DNA of 33,988 nucleotides from Armatimonadota bacterium (GTDB lineage Bacteria; Armatimonadota; Zipacnadia; Zipacnadales; UBA5352): NCBI GenBank assembly GCA_034722055.1, contig JAYENL010000159.1, positions 1 through 33,988 on the forward strand. The letters are read 5' to 3'. Made by a program: the position numbers and the translations under genes. Position 1 is the first letter of the stretch; every line of letters begins with the position of its first letter. Shown one piece after another: positions 1-9,170 of this stretch. The notes beneath the pieces were generated by a model. It was given only the letters and a program-made list of their open reading frames with translations. It was not told the DNA's origin and did not search any database.

Positions 1-3000
1 CACCGGCTCCGAGACGCCCAACTGCAGCTCGCCCTGCAGGTTGTAGGCGGGGTTCTCGCCGGTGCTGGTCCAGGGCACACGCAGCCCACCCAGGTGCACG
101 CTCTGGTCCAGGGTAAAGGTCACCTGCCGCTGCGCGGGCTCGGAGGTCACTGTGAGCTGAAGCTCCTCCGGCTCGACGCCCACACCGGCGGGCGGCTCGA
201 AGGTAAGCGTCACCTGCGACATCCACTCACCCTCGATGGTGAGCGTCACGGTGCGGGCCTCACCGCGGAAGAGCCGGTCGGCGGCCACCGACACCTCCAG
301 CGGACGGGCCAGTCGCACATCAAAGGGCGCCGTGGCTACGAAGGCGGCACCATCGCGCTCGCCGCGCACCTCGAGGACGAATGGCAGCAGCTCGCGCTCG
401 GCATCGGCGGGCAGGTCTATGCGCACCATCGGCTGCTCGGCGTCGAGATCGACGCGTGCGCTCGCCGAGAGCTCGGACCACGGCGACAGCACGCGGGTGC
501 CGGTGACCTGCTGGGGCGTGAAGCCGTGCAGTGACAGCCCCACCTCAATCATCCCGCCGCGTGGCGCCTCGACGTAATGGCTCGCGGCGACGAAGGCTCC
601 CATCTCCCCCGCCGCTATGCAGCCAAGCTCGCCACGCGCGCGGAGGATCAGCTTCGCCAGGTCCACCGGCGCCTGGGTCTCAATGCTGGCCTCGAGCATG
701 TCCAGCAGGCCCATCAGCTCCTCGGCGGCCGCCAGGGCTCGCTCGTCGCTCGCCTCCTGACCAACCTCTGCGAGCTGCTCGATGCGGTCGATCGTCTCCG
801 CATCGTTCTCTGAGAGCTCGCTGGCGAAGAGCCGCCGGATCTTCCCCATCGTGCGCATGGCCAGGCGGAAGCCGCGGTCGGAGAGCTGTTCGCGCGTGCC
901 GATCCAGTAGGCCGCCGCGCCATCACCCGCCACCCGCACCTCCCAGCCATCCGGATCGACCGGCATCGCCTCGGCGTTGCCGCCGGTCAGCTCCACGGCT
1001 ACCAGCTCCGCGTCCGCCGGGATGTCGAGCGCCTCGCGGTCGATGGTCACGGTCGCAGTGGTCTCCTCGCCGTAGTTGCGCAGGGTCAGGTGCAGGTCAC
1101 CGTCCGCGAAAAAGCCGTAGCGCTCGACGACGACACCCCCCGTGGCGCGGGCGTGCGGGACGGGCTCCCAGCCCGCGATGGAGAGCTCCTCGATGGCGGG
1201 GACATGCTGCCGGTAGAGGTGGCGGTAATCGCGGCCGGCGCGCTCGCCCAGCGGGTAGACCGCCGGGTAGACTGCGTAGGCCAACCCGCGCGCGAAGTGC
1301 AGGCGCACAAGCTCCGGGTCGTCCTCGCCCGCGTTGCGGCCCCCGGCGCACACGCGCCAGAAGCGCCAGATCTTGTGGTGGGCAATGGCACGCAGGTAGC
1401 GCTCGAAGCGCCCGGGATGATCCAGGTCCCAGTCATTCTCGATCATCGGCACATCAACGTAGGGTGTGGTGAAGAACTGCTCGTAGCCGTTGGAGTTGCC
1501 GTAGACGGCGACCTGGTACTGCTCGGTCAGCGGCCACCAGGCCTTGTGATGGAAGTCCCAGATAGCGTTGGGGATGCACGGCTTCAGCGAGTCCTTGCCG
1601 AAGGTCAGCGGCAGGAGCGTGGTTGCGAAGTGCTCGCGGCGGAAGTTGGGGTAGCGCTGCAGGGCGTGATAGCCCTCAATGGCGTCGGCGGTGACGGTGG
1701 CCTCGAAGGGCAGGTGCTGCCCCTCGGCGGCGTACTCCTCGAACTGCCGGCGCGTCTCCTCAGCCAGGTAGTCCGAGACGCCGGGGTCCTCGTTGACGTG
1801 GAAGTTCAGCCCCCAGCCCGGCCAGTCGTTGTGGTTGTAGCCCTCGTGGGGGCGCCAGTAGCGGGTGTCGCCGATGTAGCGAATCTGCCCCTCGGGGCCG
1901 TAGACGAGCTTCTTGATGGTCTCTGAGGTGGGGACGTAGCCGCGCGGCTTCTCCCGCTCGTCCTCGACCATCTCCCGCAGCAGACCCATGACGACCTCGT
2001 CGGAGGGCCGCTCGGGGTGGTCGTAGGGGACCATGCGGAAGTCGTAGCAGCCATGCACGTGGTCGATGAAGCGGTAGCCCTCGCCGAAGTCGCCGGCGTC
2101 GGAGAGCGCCACGTCGCGGATGCGCAGATCGTGCGTGTTCGGGTCGAATCGCTCCAGGTTCGCGTAGTTGAGGTAGCGCTCAGCCGTCGGGCGCTTGACA
2201 AAGCTCTCGGGGAACAGCGTGTAGTAGCGCTCCATGGCCGAGCGCATGCCCCACCGCGGATCGTGGCGGTATACCACCAGAGAGAATGGTGCCTGCGAGG
2301 GGTGATTCCCCGAGTCCGCCGAGAGGCTGAAGTAGAAGGTGGCCTGGAGGGCCGGCTGGCGCTGGTCGTGCTGCAGGATGAAGCAGCGCGGGCCCTGCGA
2401 CAGCGGCAGCGCCATGGTCAGGCCCGCCTCCGGGCCGCTGATGGCGGCCCAGGGGTAGACCGAGCACAGTCCGACGCCGGCCCTGCAGTCGTAGGTGCGG
2501 CGGTAGAGGCCACCGGCGGTGACCTCCTCGCGCTCCTCAGCGTCCGTGTACCAGGTCCAGCCCTCCGCATCAACGGGCAGGGAGAAGCGCACGCCAATGG
2601 CCCGGTCCTCGCCGGTGCTGTCACGCACGAGGCCCTCGATGCGGATGCAGCCGGCCTCGAGGGAGCGCGCCGTGGCCTCCAGCTCCAGGTTCGCGTCTGG
2701 GAGGCCGCCAGTGATCGTCACCTCGTCACCCTCGCCGGTGACGGTCGCCTCGATGTCCCGGTACTGCCCCTCACCCAGCTCGTAGATGGCGAAATCGTCC
2801 AGCCAGATGGTCCCCGTGGAGTTATAGATGTCGCCGCGGATGTTCAGGCGCGTGGTTTGAGGCTGGGTGGTCAGGTCCCAGACCTGCTGGTGCCAGACGC
2901 CGTCGCTGTCGGGCACCGCGCGGCCGTATTGGGTCCTGGTGCCGGTGAGGTTGCCCTCGTCATCCCGCTCGGAGACGTAGGTGCCGGTGACGCCGACCCT

Positions 3001-3420
3001 CTCGCGGCGGATCCACAACTCGCAGCGGTAGCGGGTGTTGGGCTTGACGTCAACGGTGATGCCCAGGTTGGACTTCCCCGGCTCGCCGGGCGGGATATGC
3101 AGGCGCACGGACCGCTGGCCGGAGTGCGCGACCTGCTCGTCGATCGCGGCGGTGCTCACCAGCGACCAGCCCTCGGGTTCCTGCTCGAAGCCGGGGTTGG
3201 GGATCAGGTTCCGGGGCTCGGGCTGGTTGGCGTAGTCGCAGATAGAGAAGCCGCCGGGGAGGCCAGCGGGCAGGGCCTGGCCGTCGGCCGAGATGGAGGT
3301 GACGCGGCCCCCGTCGTCGATCTCCAGGGCGAGGCCGTCCGCAGTCTGAAGCCGCAGCGGCCGGGCGGCGGCGCTCAGACAGATGATCGTGGCGATGGAA
3401 GCGGCTGACACGATGCGCAT
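1..3420 (-). CDS. Large secreted protein (>=1140 aa, 3' end beyond the window): signal peptide, CBM4/9-like domain, then a putative glycoside hydrolase region
   Basis: Missing from the ORF track because it has no stop in the window. ATG at 3418-3420 follows GGAGGGGAG and reads MRIVSAASIATIICLSAAARP...NLIPNPGFEQEPEGW...VAHSGQRSVRL...VKPNTRYRCELWIR...GTIWLDDFAIYE (CBM4/9-like). The same frame is open at the window edge (...GENPAYNLQGELQLGVSEPV). The + frame-1 ORFs over this span are its antisense shadows. Confidence 0.85.
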   Translation of the reverse strand, partial: MRIVSAASIATIICLSAAARPLRLQTADGLALEIDDGGRVTSISADGQALPAGLPGGFSICDYANQPEPRNLIPNPGFEQEPEGWSLVSTAAIDEQVAHSGQRSVRLHIPPGEPGKSNLGITVDVKPNTRYRCELWIRRERVGVTGTYVSERDDEGNLTGTRTQYGRAVPDSDGVWHQQVWDLTTQPQTTRLNIRGDIYNSTGTIWLDDFAIYELGEGQYRDIEATVTGEGDEVTITGGLPDANLELEATARSLEAGCIRIEGLVRDSTGEDRAIGVRFSLPVDAEGWTWYTDAEEREEVTAGGLYRRTYDCRAGVGLCSVYPWAAISGPEAGLTMALPLSQGPRCFILQHDQRQPALQATFYFSLSADSGNHPSQAPFSLVVYRHDPRWGMRSAMERYYTLFPESFVKRPTAERYLNYANLERFDPNTHDLRIRDVALSDAGDFGEGYRFIDHVHGCYDFRMVPYDHPERPSDEVVMGLLREMVEDEREKPRGYVPTSETIKKLVYGPEGQIRYIGDTRYWRPHEGYNHNDWPGWGLNFHVNEDPGVSDYLAEETRRQFEEYAAEGQHLPFEATVTADAIEGYHALQRYPNFRREHFATTLLPLTFGKDSLKPCIPNAIWDFHHKAWWPLTEQYQVAVYGNSNGYEQFFTTPYVDVPMIENDWDLDHPGRFERYLRAIAHHKIWRFWRVCAGGRNAGEDDPELVRLHFARGLAYAVYPAVYPLGERAGRDYRHLYRQHVPAIEELSIAGWEPVPHARATGGVVVERYGFFADGDLHLTLRNYGEETTATVTIDREALDIPADAELVAVELTGGNAEAMPVDPDGWEVRVAGDGAAAYWIGTREQLSDRGFRLAMRTMGKIRRLFASELSENDAETIDRIEQLAEVGQEASDERALAAAEELMGLLDMLEASIETQAPVDLAKLILRARGELGCIAAGEMGAFVAASHYVEAPRGGMIEVGLSLHGFTPQQVTGTRVLSPWSELSASARVDLDAEQPMVRIDLPADAERELLPFVLEVRGERDGAAFVATAPFDVRLARPLEVSVAADRLFRGEARTVTLTIEGEWMSQVTLTFEPPAGVGVEPEELQLTVTSEPAQRQVTFTLDQSVHLGGLRVPWTSTGENPAYNLQGELQLGVSEPV

Positions 3421-3747
3421 GGATCTCCCCTCCGTCGCTGCCATCAGTGTGTGTCAGGGAGGTCTTGGGCGTGGCCGGCGCGCACTCCTTCCCCGTACGG
3501 CAGGAATCCGTGGCCGTGCGGGACTCGCCTGCGTTGCAGCCGCCAGTGCACAGCGCCGCGTTCGGGAGCGGGTACGCCACGAGCGCTTCATCCGCGACTG
3601 GCGCGAGGCCTGGGAGGATGCGCCCGGCTCCGTTGACCACTGGCCCGCCCCGGAGGGGGTCAACGTCTGGCCGGAGTGAGCGGCCGGGATGCGGCACGCA
3701 CCCCGGTAGCAGTGATACTGCATGGCGACAGGGAGATGAGCGAACTG

Positions 3748-5886
3748 ATGAACCGACAGGTTCTGTGGCTCGGTACGATGACCGCGGCGGCGCTGGCGTG
3801 GACGCCTCCAGGCCATACACAGGAGGCCCCGGACGCGCAAGCCCTGGCCGACTACCGACAGGAGCGCAAAGGGGCCGCCGACAGGACGCGCCGGATCATC
3901 TTCAACAACGATGGCGACGACCACCTGCTGTCGGGCGAGACGTCCCTGGAGGCCTTCCTGGCCAAGCGCACCACGCCGCTGCTGGGCTCACAGGTGGACA
4001 GCATCTTCTACTGCACCTCCCGGCCCATGGGCATGTTCATCCATGACACCGACGTCGGCGATGCGCTGACGATGCCGCATCCCTTCGGCCCCGATCGGCG
4101 CAACATCGTGGGCGACTTCATCGAGCAGGGCACAGATCCGCTGGAGGTGATGGTGGACTTCTGCCACCAGCACGACCTGGAGTGCTTCTGGTCCATGCGC
4201 ATGAACGATGTGCATGACGCCTATCACCCGGCGGACGGCCCGGAGCCCTACTTCTCGACCTTCAAGCGGGAGCATCCGGAGTTTCTCTTCGGCACCCGCG
4301 CCGACCGCCCCGCCTACGGGGCCTGGTCGGCGGTGGACTACGCCGAGCCCCAGGTCAGGGACCTGGTCTTCCGCGTCTTCCAGGAGATCTGCCGGGACTA
4401 CGACGTGGATGGCGTGCAGCTCGACTTCTTCCGCCACCTGGTGTACTTCAGGACGGTCGCGGAGGGCGGCGTAGCAACCGACGAGGAGCGAGAGATGATG
4501 ACGGACCTGCTGCGGCGGATCCGGGCCATGACCGAGGAGGAGGGGATGCGGCGGGGGCGCCCGATAGTCATCGCGATCCGCACGCCGGACTCTGTGGGCT
4601 ACTGCCGGGACATGGGGCTGGACATCGAGAGGTGGATGGAGGAGGGTCTGATCGATCTGTTCGTCGCAGCCGGCGACTTCCGACTCAACCCCTGGGAGTA
4701 CAGCACCAGTCTCGGGGAGAGATACGACCTCCCGGTCTACTGTGACCTGGACCCGGCGGTTCGCTCCGGCGCGAGCGGGACGTTCCACCGCAACTCCCTG
4801 GAGGCCTACCGCGCCCGGGCCATGAACGCCTGGAGCGCCGGGGCGGCGGGACTGCACATGTTCAACTGCTTCAACCCCCACCGGAGGCTGTGGTGGGAGC
4901 TTGGCGACCCCAACGAGCTGCGGCGACAGGACAAGCTCTACTTCGTGAACGTGACCGGGAGATCGGGGTACCTGGTGGCCGGCCAGGCGCTGCCGGGAGG
5001 CGAGCGGTACGACAATCTCCCCTCGTTGCATCCGCAGAATCCGCTACGCCTGCCGGCCGACGGCACGCTGGAGGTGCCGCTGCGAGTGGGCGAGGATGTC
5101 GGGGCCGCGGCGGCGGCGGGCCGGGAGGCCACCGTCACCTGCCACGTCTTCGCCAGCGTCACCGCTCCGCCCCAGCTCAGCCTCAATGGGACGCGGCTGA
5201 TCGGCTCCACGACGGAGCGCAACTGGTTCAGCTATCCGGTGCATCCGGAGCTTGTGCGCCGGGGCGTCAACCGGGTGGAGCTGTCGATGAGCGGCTCGGA
5301 GGAGGCGGGCGAGTGGGGCGTTGAGTACCGGTGCGATGAGCAGCCGCCGACGCCGTGGACGGGGCGGCGCCGCTCGGGCACCGAGGCCACCATGCAGGAC
5401 GGCGCGCTGCTGATCGCGGACCGCAGCACCGAGCGGGGGTCATATCTCTACTACTCCTACCCGTGGAACATCTCGCCCCAGGGCAGCGCGGTGGTCGAGG
5501 CGCGAGCGAAGGTGGTGTCCGGGCGCAACACCATCATCGTGGCCAACGGCGTGGTGGAGGAGGAGATCCGACTCCTGCCGGACCAGGTCATCGCTCAGCA
5601 CGCCGACCAGTCGCACGCCATGGACACCACGGACGGCTTCCACCTCTACCGCGTGGAGCTGGAGGGCGCGGACATCCGCGTGCTGGTGGATGGGGAGCTG
5701 GTGATCGACGCGCCCGGGGGCCTCACCCACCCGGCCGCCGGCGACCGCAATACGATCGCCATCGGGGCGGGCAGCAGCGGCGAGACCGGTGCGGCCCTGT
5801 GGGAGGTCGTCCGCTTCCGGCCGGTGCCGGCGTCGGTCTTCGACCTGGTGCTGTCGGTGGACTGCCCGGAGCCGGCTGAGCAGTGA
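3748..5886 (+). CDS. Secreted glycosyl hydrolase-like 10 (GHL10/DUF187-type) protein with C-terminal beta-sandwich domains
   Basis: Signal-like N-terminus (MNRQVLWLGTMTAAALAW); motifs RIIFNNDGDD, DPLEVMVDFCH, SMRMNDVHD, VDYAEPQVRD, YDVDGVQLDFFRH. Start may be 3736 or 3748. Confidence 0.8.
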   Translation: MNRQVLWLGTMTAAALAWTPPGHTQEAPDAQALADYRQERKGAADRTRRIIFNNDGDDHLLSGETSLEAFLAKRTTPLLGSQVDSIFYCTSRPMGMFIHDTDVGDALTMPHPFGPDRRNIVGDFIEQGTDPLEVMVDFCHQHDLECFWSMRMNDVHDAYHPADGPEPYFSTFKREHPEFLFGTRADRPAYGAWSAVDYAEPQVRDLVFRVFQEICRDYDVDGVQLDFFRHLVYFRTVAEGGVATDEEREMMTDLLRRIRAMTEEEGMRRGRPIVIAIRTPDSVGYCRDMGLDIERWMEEGLIDLFVAAGDFRLNPWEYSTSLGERYDLPVYCDLDPAVRSGASGTFHRNSLEAYRARAMNAWSAGAAGLHMFNCFNPHRRLWWELGDPNELRRQDKLYFVNVTGRSGYLVAGQALPGGERYDNLPSLHPQNPLRLPADGTLEVPLRVGEDVGAAAAAGREATVTCHVFASVTAPPQLSLNGTRLIGSTTERNWFSYPVHPELVRRGVNRVELSMSGSEEAGEWGVEYRCDEQPPTPWTGRRRSGTEATMQDGALLIADRSTERGSYLYYSYPWNISPQGSAVVEARAKVVSGRNTIIVANGVVEEEIRLLPDQVIAQHADQSHAMDTTDGFHLYRVELEGADIRVLVDGELVIDAPGGLTHPAAGDRNTIAIGAGSSGETGAALWEVVRFRPVPASVFDLVLSVDCPEPAEQ

Positions 5887-5901
5887 CCCCCGCGGTCGTC
5901 C

Positions 5902-6615
5902 TTACTCCGCCTCCGTCTCCATCTTCAGCGCTTCGGCTACGTCCAGCGGGATGCCGGCCTCCTCCAGCTCCTGCGGCGAGTGCGAGACCTTGGTGGAGCG
6001 GAGCGTGTACTGCCAGGCGTCCTCCTCGCGGTGCAGGACGCCGGTGAGGTAGCGCTGGCTGAAGCCGTGCTCCTCGTCCCACTGCGGCTCGTGGGTCTTG
6101 GCCCACTCGCCATGCAGGGCGGTGACCTGCAGCAGCCAGTCGGTGCCGTGGCCCTGGGTATCGATGTCCGCCAGGATGGCGGAAACGACCTCGGGAGCCG
6201 CGGCGTGGATGAGCACGCGAGCGGTCCGCTCGCCGTCCACAAGCTCCACGTGAGAGATGTGGCCGAGGGCCGCGGCCTCGTCGGTGTCGAAGCGATGGTA
6301 ACGGACCTCCGCGCCCAGGGCCTCGACGAGGGTTCGGACGGATACCACGGCGCCCTTGGCGTCAGGCCGGTCGCTGGAGAACTGCAGGTAGAGGGCCCTC
6401 TCGCCGCGCACGATGACGGTCCAGTCACCGCTCTCCTGGACGGTCGCGCCCAGCCAGTGCACCAGCGGGGCCAGCGGGGCCACCACGCAGCCCTCGCGGT
6501 TGAAGGCGTGAAGGTCCAGCAGCACGTCCATCCGCCCCGTCCGCATCTCGGCGGAGCGGATGATGGCACAGCCGAGCAGAGCGACGGCGATGAGTGCGAG
6601 CCGCCGGGAACGCAT
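5902..6615 (-). CDS. Exported hypothetical protein with copper-amine-oxidase N-terminal (stalk)-like repeats
   Basis: MRSRRLALIAVALLGCAII signal peptide after GGAGGT; paired motifs VVAPLAPLVHWLGATV and VVSVRTLVEALGAEV. An alternative start at 6669 also has an RBS. Confidence 0.6.
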   Translation of the reverse strand: MRSRRLALIAVALLGCAIIRSAEMRTGRMDVLLDLHAFNREGCVVAPLAPLVHWLGATVQESGDWTVIVRGERALYLQFSSDRPDAKGAVVSVRTLVEALGAEVRYHRFDTDEAAALGHISHVELVDGERTARVLIHAAAPEVVSAILADIDTQGHGTDWLLQVTALHGEWAKTHEPQWDEEHGFSQRYLTGVLHREEDAWQYTLRSTKVSHSPQELEEAGIPLDVAEALKMETEAE

Positions 6616-6869
6616 TCGCGCCACCTCCCCGGACCGGTCGATAGTCTCGGGAAGTAAGTTCGCCGCCATCGGCCCCCGATTCCTCCTTTGACAGCGGGCG
6701 TGGCAGGCGAGCCGCGCGCGGCCGGAGAAGAGGCTGCCGGCATTCGCAGGGACGGCGACCGAGATGGTGGACAGGCCGCAGGCTCCGCTGACCGGACTGG
6801 TCAGGCCGGCGGCGCGGCAGAGTGTCGGATGGCGCAGGAAGAGAGCTGAGCACCGGAGGTGTGCATCCC

Positions 6870-7805
6870 GTGTCCGACATCGTGACTCTCACGCTCAACC
6901 CCGCAATCGACCGCAGTCTGTGGATCCAGAGCGTCACGCCGGACAGTAAGCTGCGCTGCGACAGCCCCCGGCGCGACCCCGGCGGCGGCGGGGTCAACGT
7001 GTGCCGGACGGTCCAGGAGCTTGGGGGCGGCGCCACCGCCATCTGGACCAAGGGCGGATACACCGGGGAGATGTTCGAGCAGCTCCTCGATGAGATCGGG
7101 GTGTCGCACCTGCCGGTACCCGTCGCGGGGATGACCCGCGATCACCTGATAGTACACGAGCGGGCCACTGGCAGGAGCTACCGCTTCCAGGAGCCGGGCC
7201 CGGTGCTCAGCGACGAGGAGGCCGCGCGTTGCCTGCGGACGGTGTCCGGGCTGGAGCCGCCGCCGGGGTACCTGGTGCTCAGCGGCAGCCTTCCGCAGGG
7301 CGTGGCGGAGGACTTCTACGCCCAGGTGGTGCGGGCGGCCCCCGATGAGACGCGCATCGTTATCGACACCACCCCCGACGCGCTCCGGCCGGCGCTGGAG
7401 GAGGGCGTGCATCTGCTCAAGCCCAACGCCCGGGAGCTGGCCGAGCTGGCGGGGCGGACCGTGGAGGGCACGCAGCAGATCATGGAGGTCTCGGGGGAGC
7501 TGGTGGCGGCGGGGCAGGCGGAGATCGTGGTCACGTCGCTGGCGGCCGGCGGGGCCATCGTGGTGGCCGGGGAGGTGGCCGAGCACCTCATCGCCCCGTC
7601 GGTACGGGTGGAGAGCAGGGTGGGTGCGGGAGACAGCATGGTGGCGGGCCTCGTGCTGGGGCTGGCACGCGGCTGGGAGGTGCTGCGCGCGGTGCGGCTG
7701 GGGATCGCGGCCGGCGCCGCGGCGGTGATGGACCCCGACACCGGTCTGGGGTCGCGCGAGAACGCCGAGCGCCTGTTCAGCCAGATGGAGGCGCGGGCGA
7801 GCTGA
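6870..7805 (+). CDS. pfkB: PfkB / 1-phosphofructokinase-family hexose-phosphate kinase
   Basis: IVTLTLNPAIDRS, DPGGGGVNV, LVLSGSLPQG, LLKPNAREL and VGAGDSMVAG ribokinase-family signatures; GGAGGT 9 nt before GTG 6870. Confidence 0.9.
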   Translation: MSDIVTLTLNPAIDRSLWIQSVTPDSKLRCDSPRRDPGGGGVNVCRTVQELGGGATAIWTKGGYTGEMFEQLLDEIGVSHLPVPVAGMTRDHLIVHERATGRSYRFQEPGPVLSDEEAARCLRTVSGLEPPPGYLVLSGSLPQGVAEDFYAQVVRAAPDETRIVIDTTPDALRPALEEGVHLLKPNARELAELAGRTVEGTQQIMEVSGELVAAGQAEIVVTSLAAGGAIVVAGEVAEHLIAPSVRVESRVGAGDSMVAGLVLGLARGWEVLRAVRLGIAAGAAAVMDPDTGLGSRENAERLFSQMEARAS

Positions 7806-7808
7806 GGG

Positions 7809-9107
7809 CTATCCTGTGCTCTGCGCGCGCAGCTCGGCCACCCAGCGCTTGACCCGGCGGCTGTAGATGCCGTTGACCATCCACACCAGCGGAGTCAGCC
7901 GCTTGCCCACGCGCCGGACGATGCTCTTCCAGGAGTAGAGCCGCTCGTAGATCCACTGCAGTCCGCTCTCGAGCTTTTCCGCCGTCAGCCCCACCGGCTG
8001 GAAGGTGCAGCGGGTGCCATCATAGTTGCTCCAGTCGCGGTCGGTGATCCGGCCCTCCTTCTCAAGCTGCGCGTAGAGCTCGGTGCCCGGCAGGGGAGTG
8101 AGGATGGAGAACTGCCCTATGTCGATCTCCGCCTCCTCCGCGAACTCGGCGGTGCGCTCGAAGACGTCCTCATCGTCGCCGTCGAGCCCGAACATGAAGC
8201 TGCCCACGACCGCGATCCCGGCATCATGCAGGCGCTGCACCAGCTCACCGTACTTCTCCACCGGGTTGAAGCGCTTGCCGACCTTGGCGAGCTGGGCCTG
8301 TGAGATGCTCTCGAAGCCCACGAACAACCCCTTGCAGCCGGCCCGGGCCGCCTGAGTGATCAGCTCCGGGCTATGCAACATGGTTGTGGAGGCCTGGCTG
8401 ACGAAGGACTTGCCCAGATCGGCCCAGCGCTCGAAGAGCTGCTCGGCGTAGGTAGGCTGGCCCATGATGTTGTCGTCAACTAGCACGATGGGCCCGGCGC
8501 CGATCTCCTCGGCCTCCGCGATGACGCTCTCCACAGGCCTGGGCCGGTAGGTGCGGCCGAAGAAGGTGGAGACGGTGCAGAACGAGCAGGCGTAGGGGCA
8601 GCCGCGGGTGGCCTGCAGGGTGTGCTTGGCCACGTACCGGCTGGTGTCGATGAGGTCGCGGCGGGCGGCCGGAATCGTGCTCGGATCGGGGTACTCGGTG
8701 TGGCGGTAGACCGGCTGCATGTCGCCCGATGCGAGATCAGCCAGCAGGCGCGGCCACAGCCCCTCCGCCTCCCCGACAACCACCGAGTCAACGTGCTGCA
8801 GGGCCTCCTCGGGAAGCGCCGAGGCGTGCATGCCGCCCATGACGACCGGGACCCCTCTGGCCCGGAAGTGATCGCCGAGCTGGTATGCGCGCGGAGCGGC
8901 GGCGGTCATGGCTGTGAGGCCCACCACGTCGGGCTCGGACTCCGGGTCCACGGGCTCCACGGACTCGTCAATGATGGTGACGTTGTGCTCGGACGGGGTA
9001 AGCGCCGCGAGCGTCATCAGGCCCAGCGGGGGGAACAGGGGCTGTCCGAGCCGCTCGGGATCTCCATGCACTCGTGCCGCCTCAGGGGCAATGAGACAGA
9101 TCTCCAT
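7809..9107 (-). CDS. Cobalamin-binding radical SAM protein (class B methyltransferase-like)
   Basis: B12-binding domain (PPLGLMTLAALTP, VVMGGMHAS, VVVGEAE) followed by TRGCPYACSFC, VDDNI, VGFES and LTPLPGT. Confidence 0.92.
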   Translation of the reverse strand: MEICLIAPEAARVHGDPERLGQPLFPPLGLMTLAALTPSEHNVTIIDESVEPVDPESEPDVVGLTAMTAAAPRAYQLGDHFRARGVPVVMGGMHASALPEEALQHVDSVVVGEAEGLWPRLLADLASGDMQPVYRHTEYPDPSTIPAARRDLIDTSRYVAKHTLQATRGCPYACSFCTVSTFFGRTYRPRPVESVIAEAEEIGAGPIVLVDDNIMGQPTYAEQLFERWADLGKSFVSQASTTMLHSPELITQAARAGCKGLFVGFESISQAQLAKVGKRFNPVEKYGELVQRLHDAGIAVVGSFMFGLDGDDEDVFERTAEFAEEAEIDIGQFSILTPLPGTELYAQLEKEGRITDRDWSNYDGTRCTFQPVGLTAEKLESGLQWIYERLYSWKSIVRRVGKRLTPLVWMVNGIYSRRVKRWVAELRAQSTG

Positions 9108-9170
9108 CGTTCAGTCTTCCTCCTTGGATCGGATCTGCACGAGACGCCGCCACTGCGCCTGCGCCGTGGC

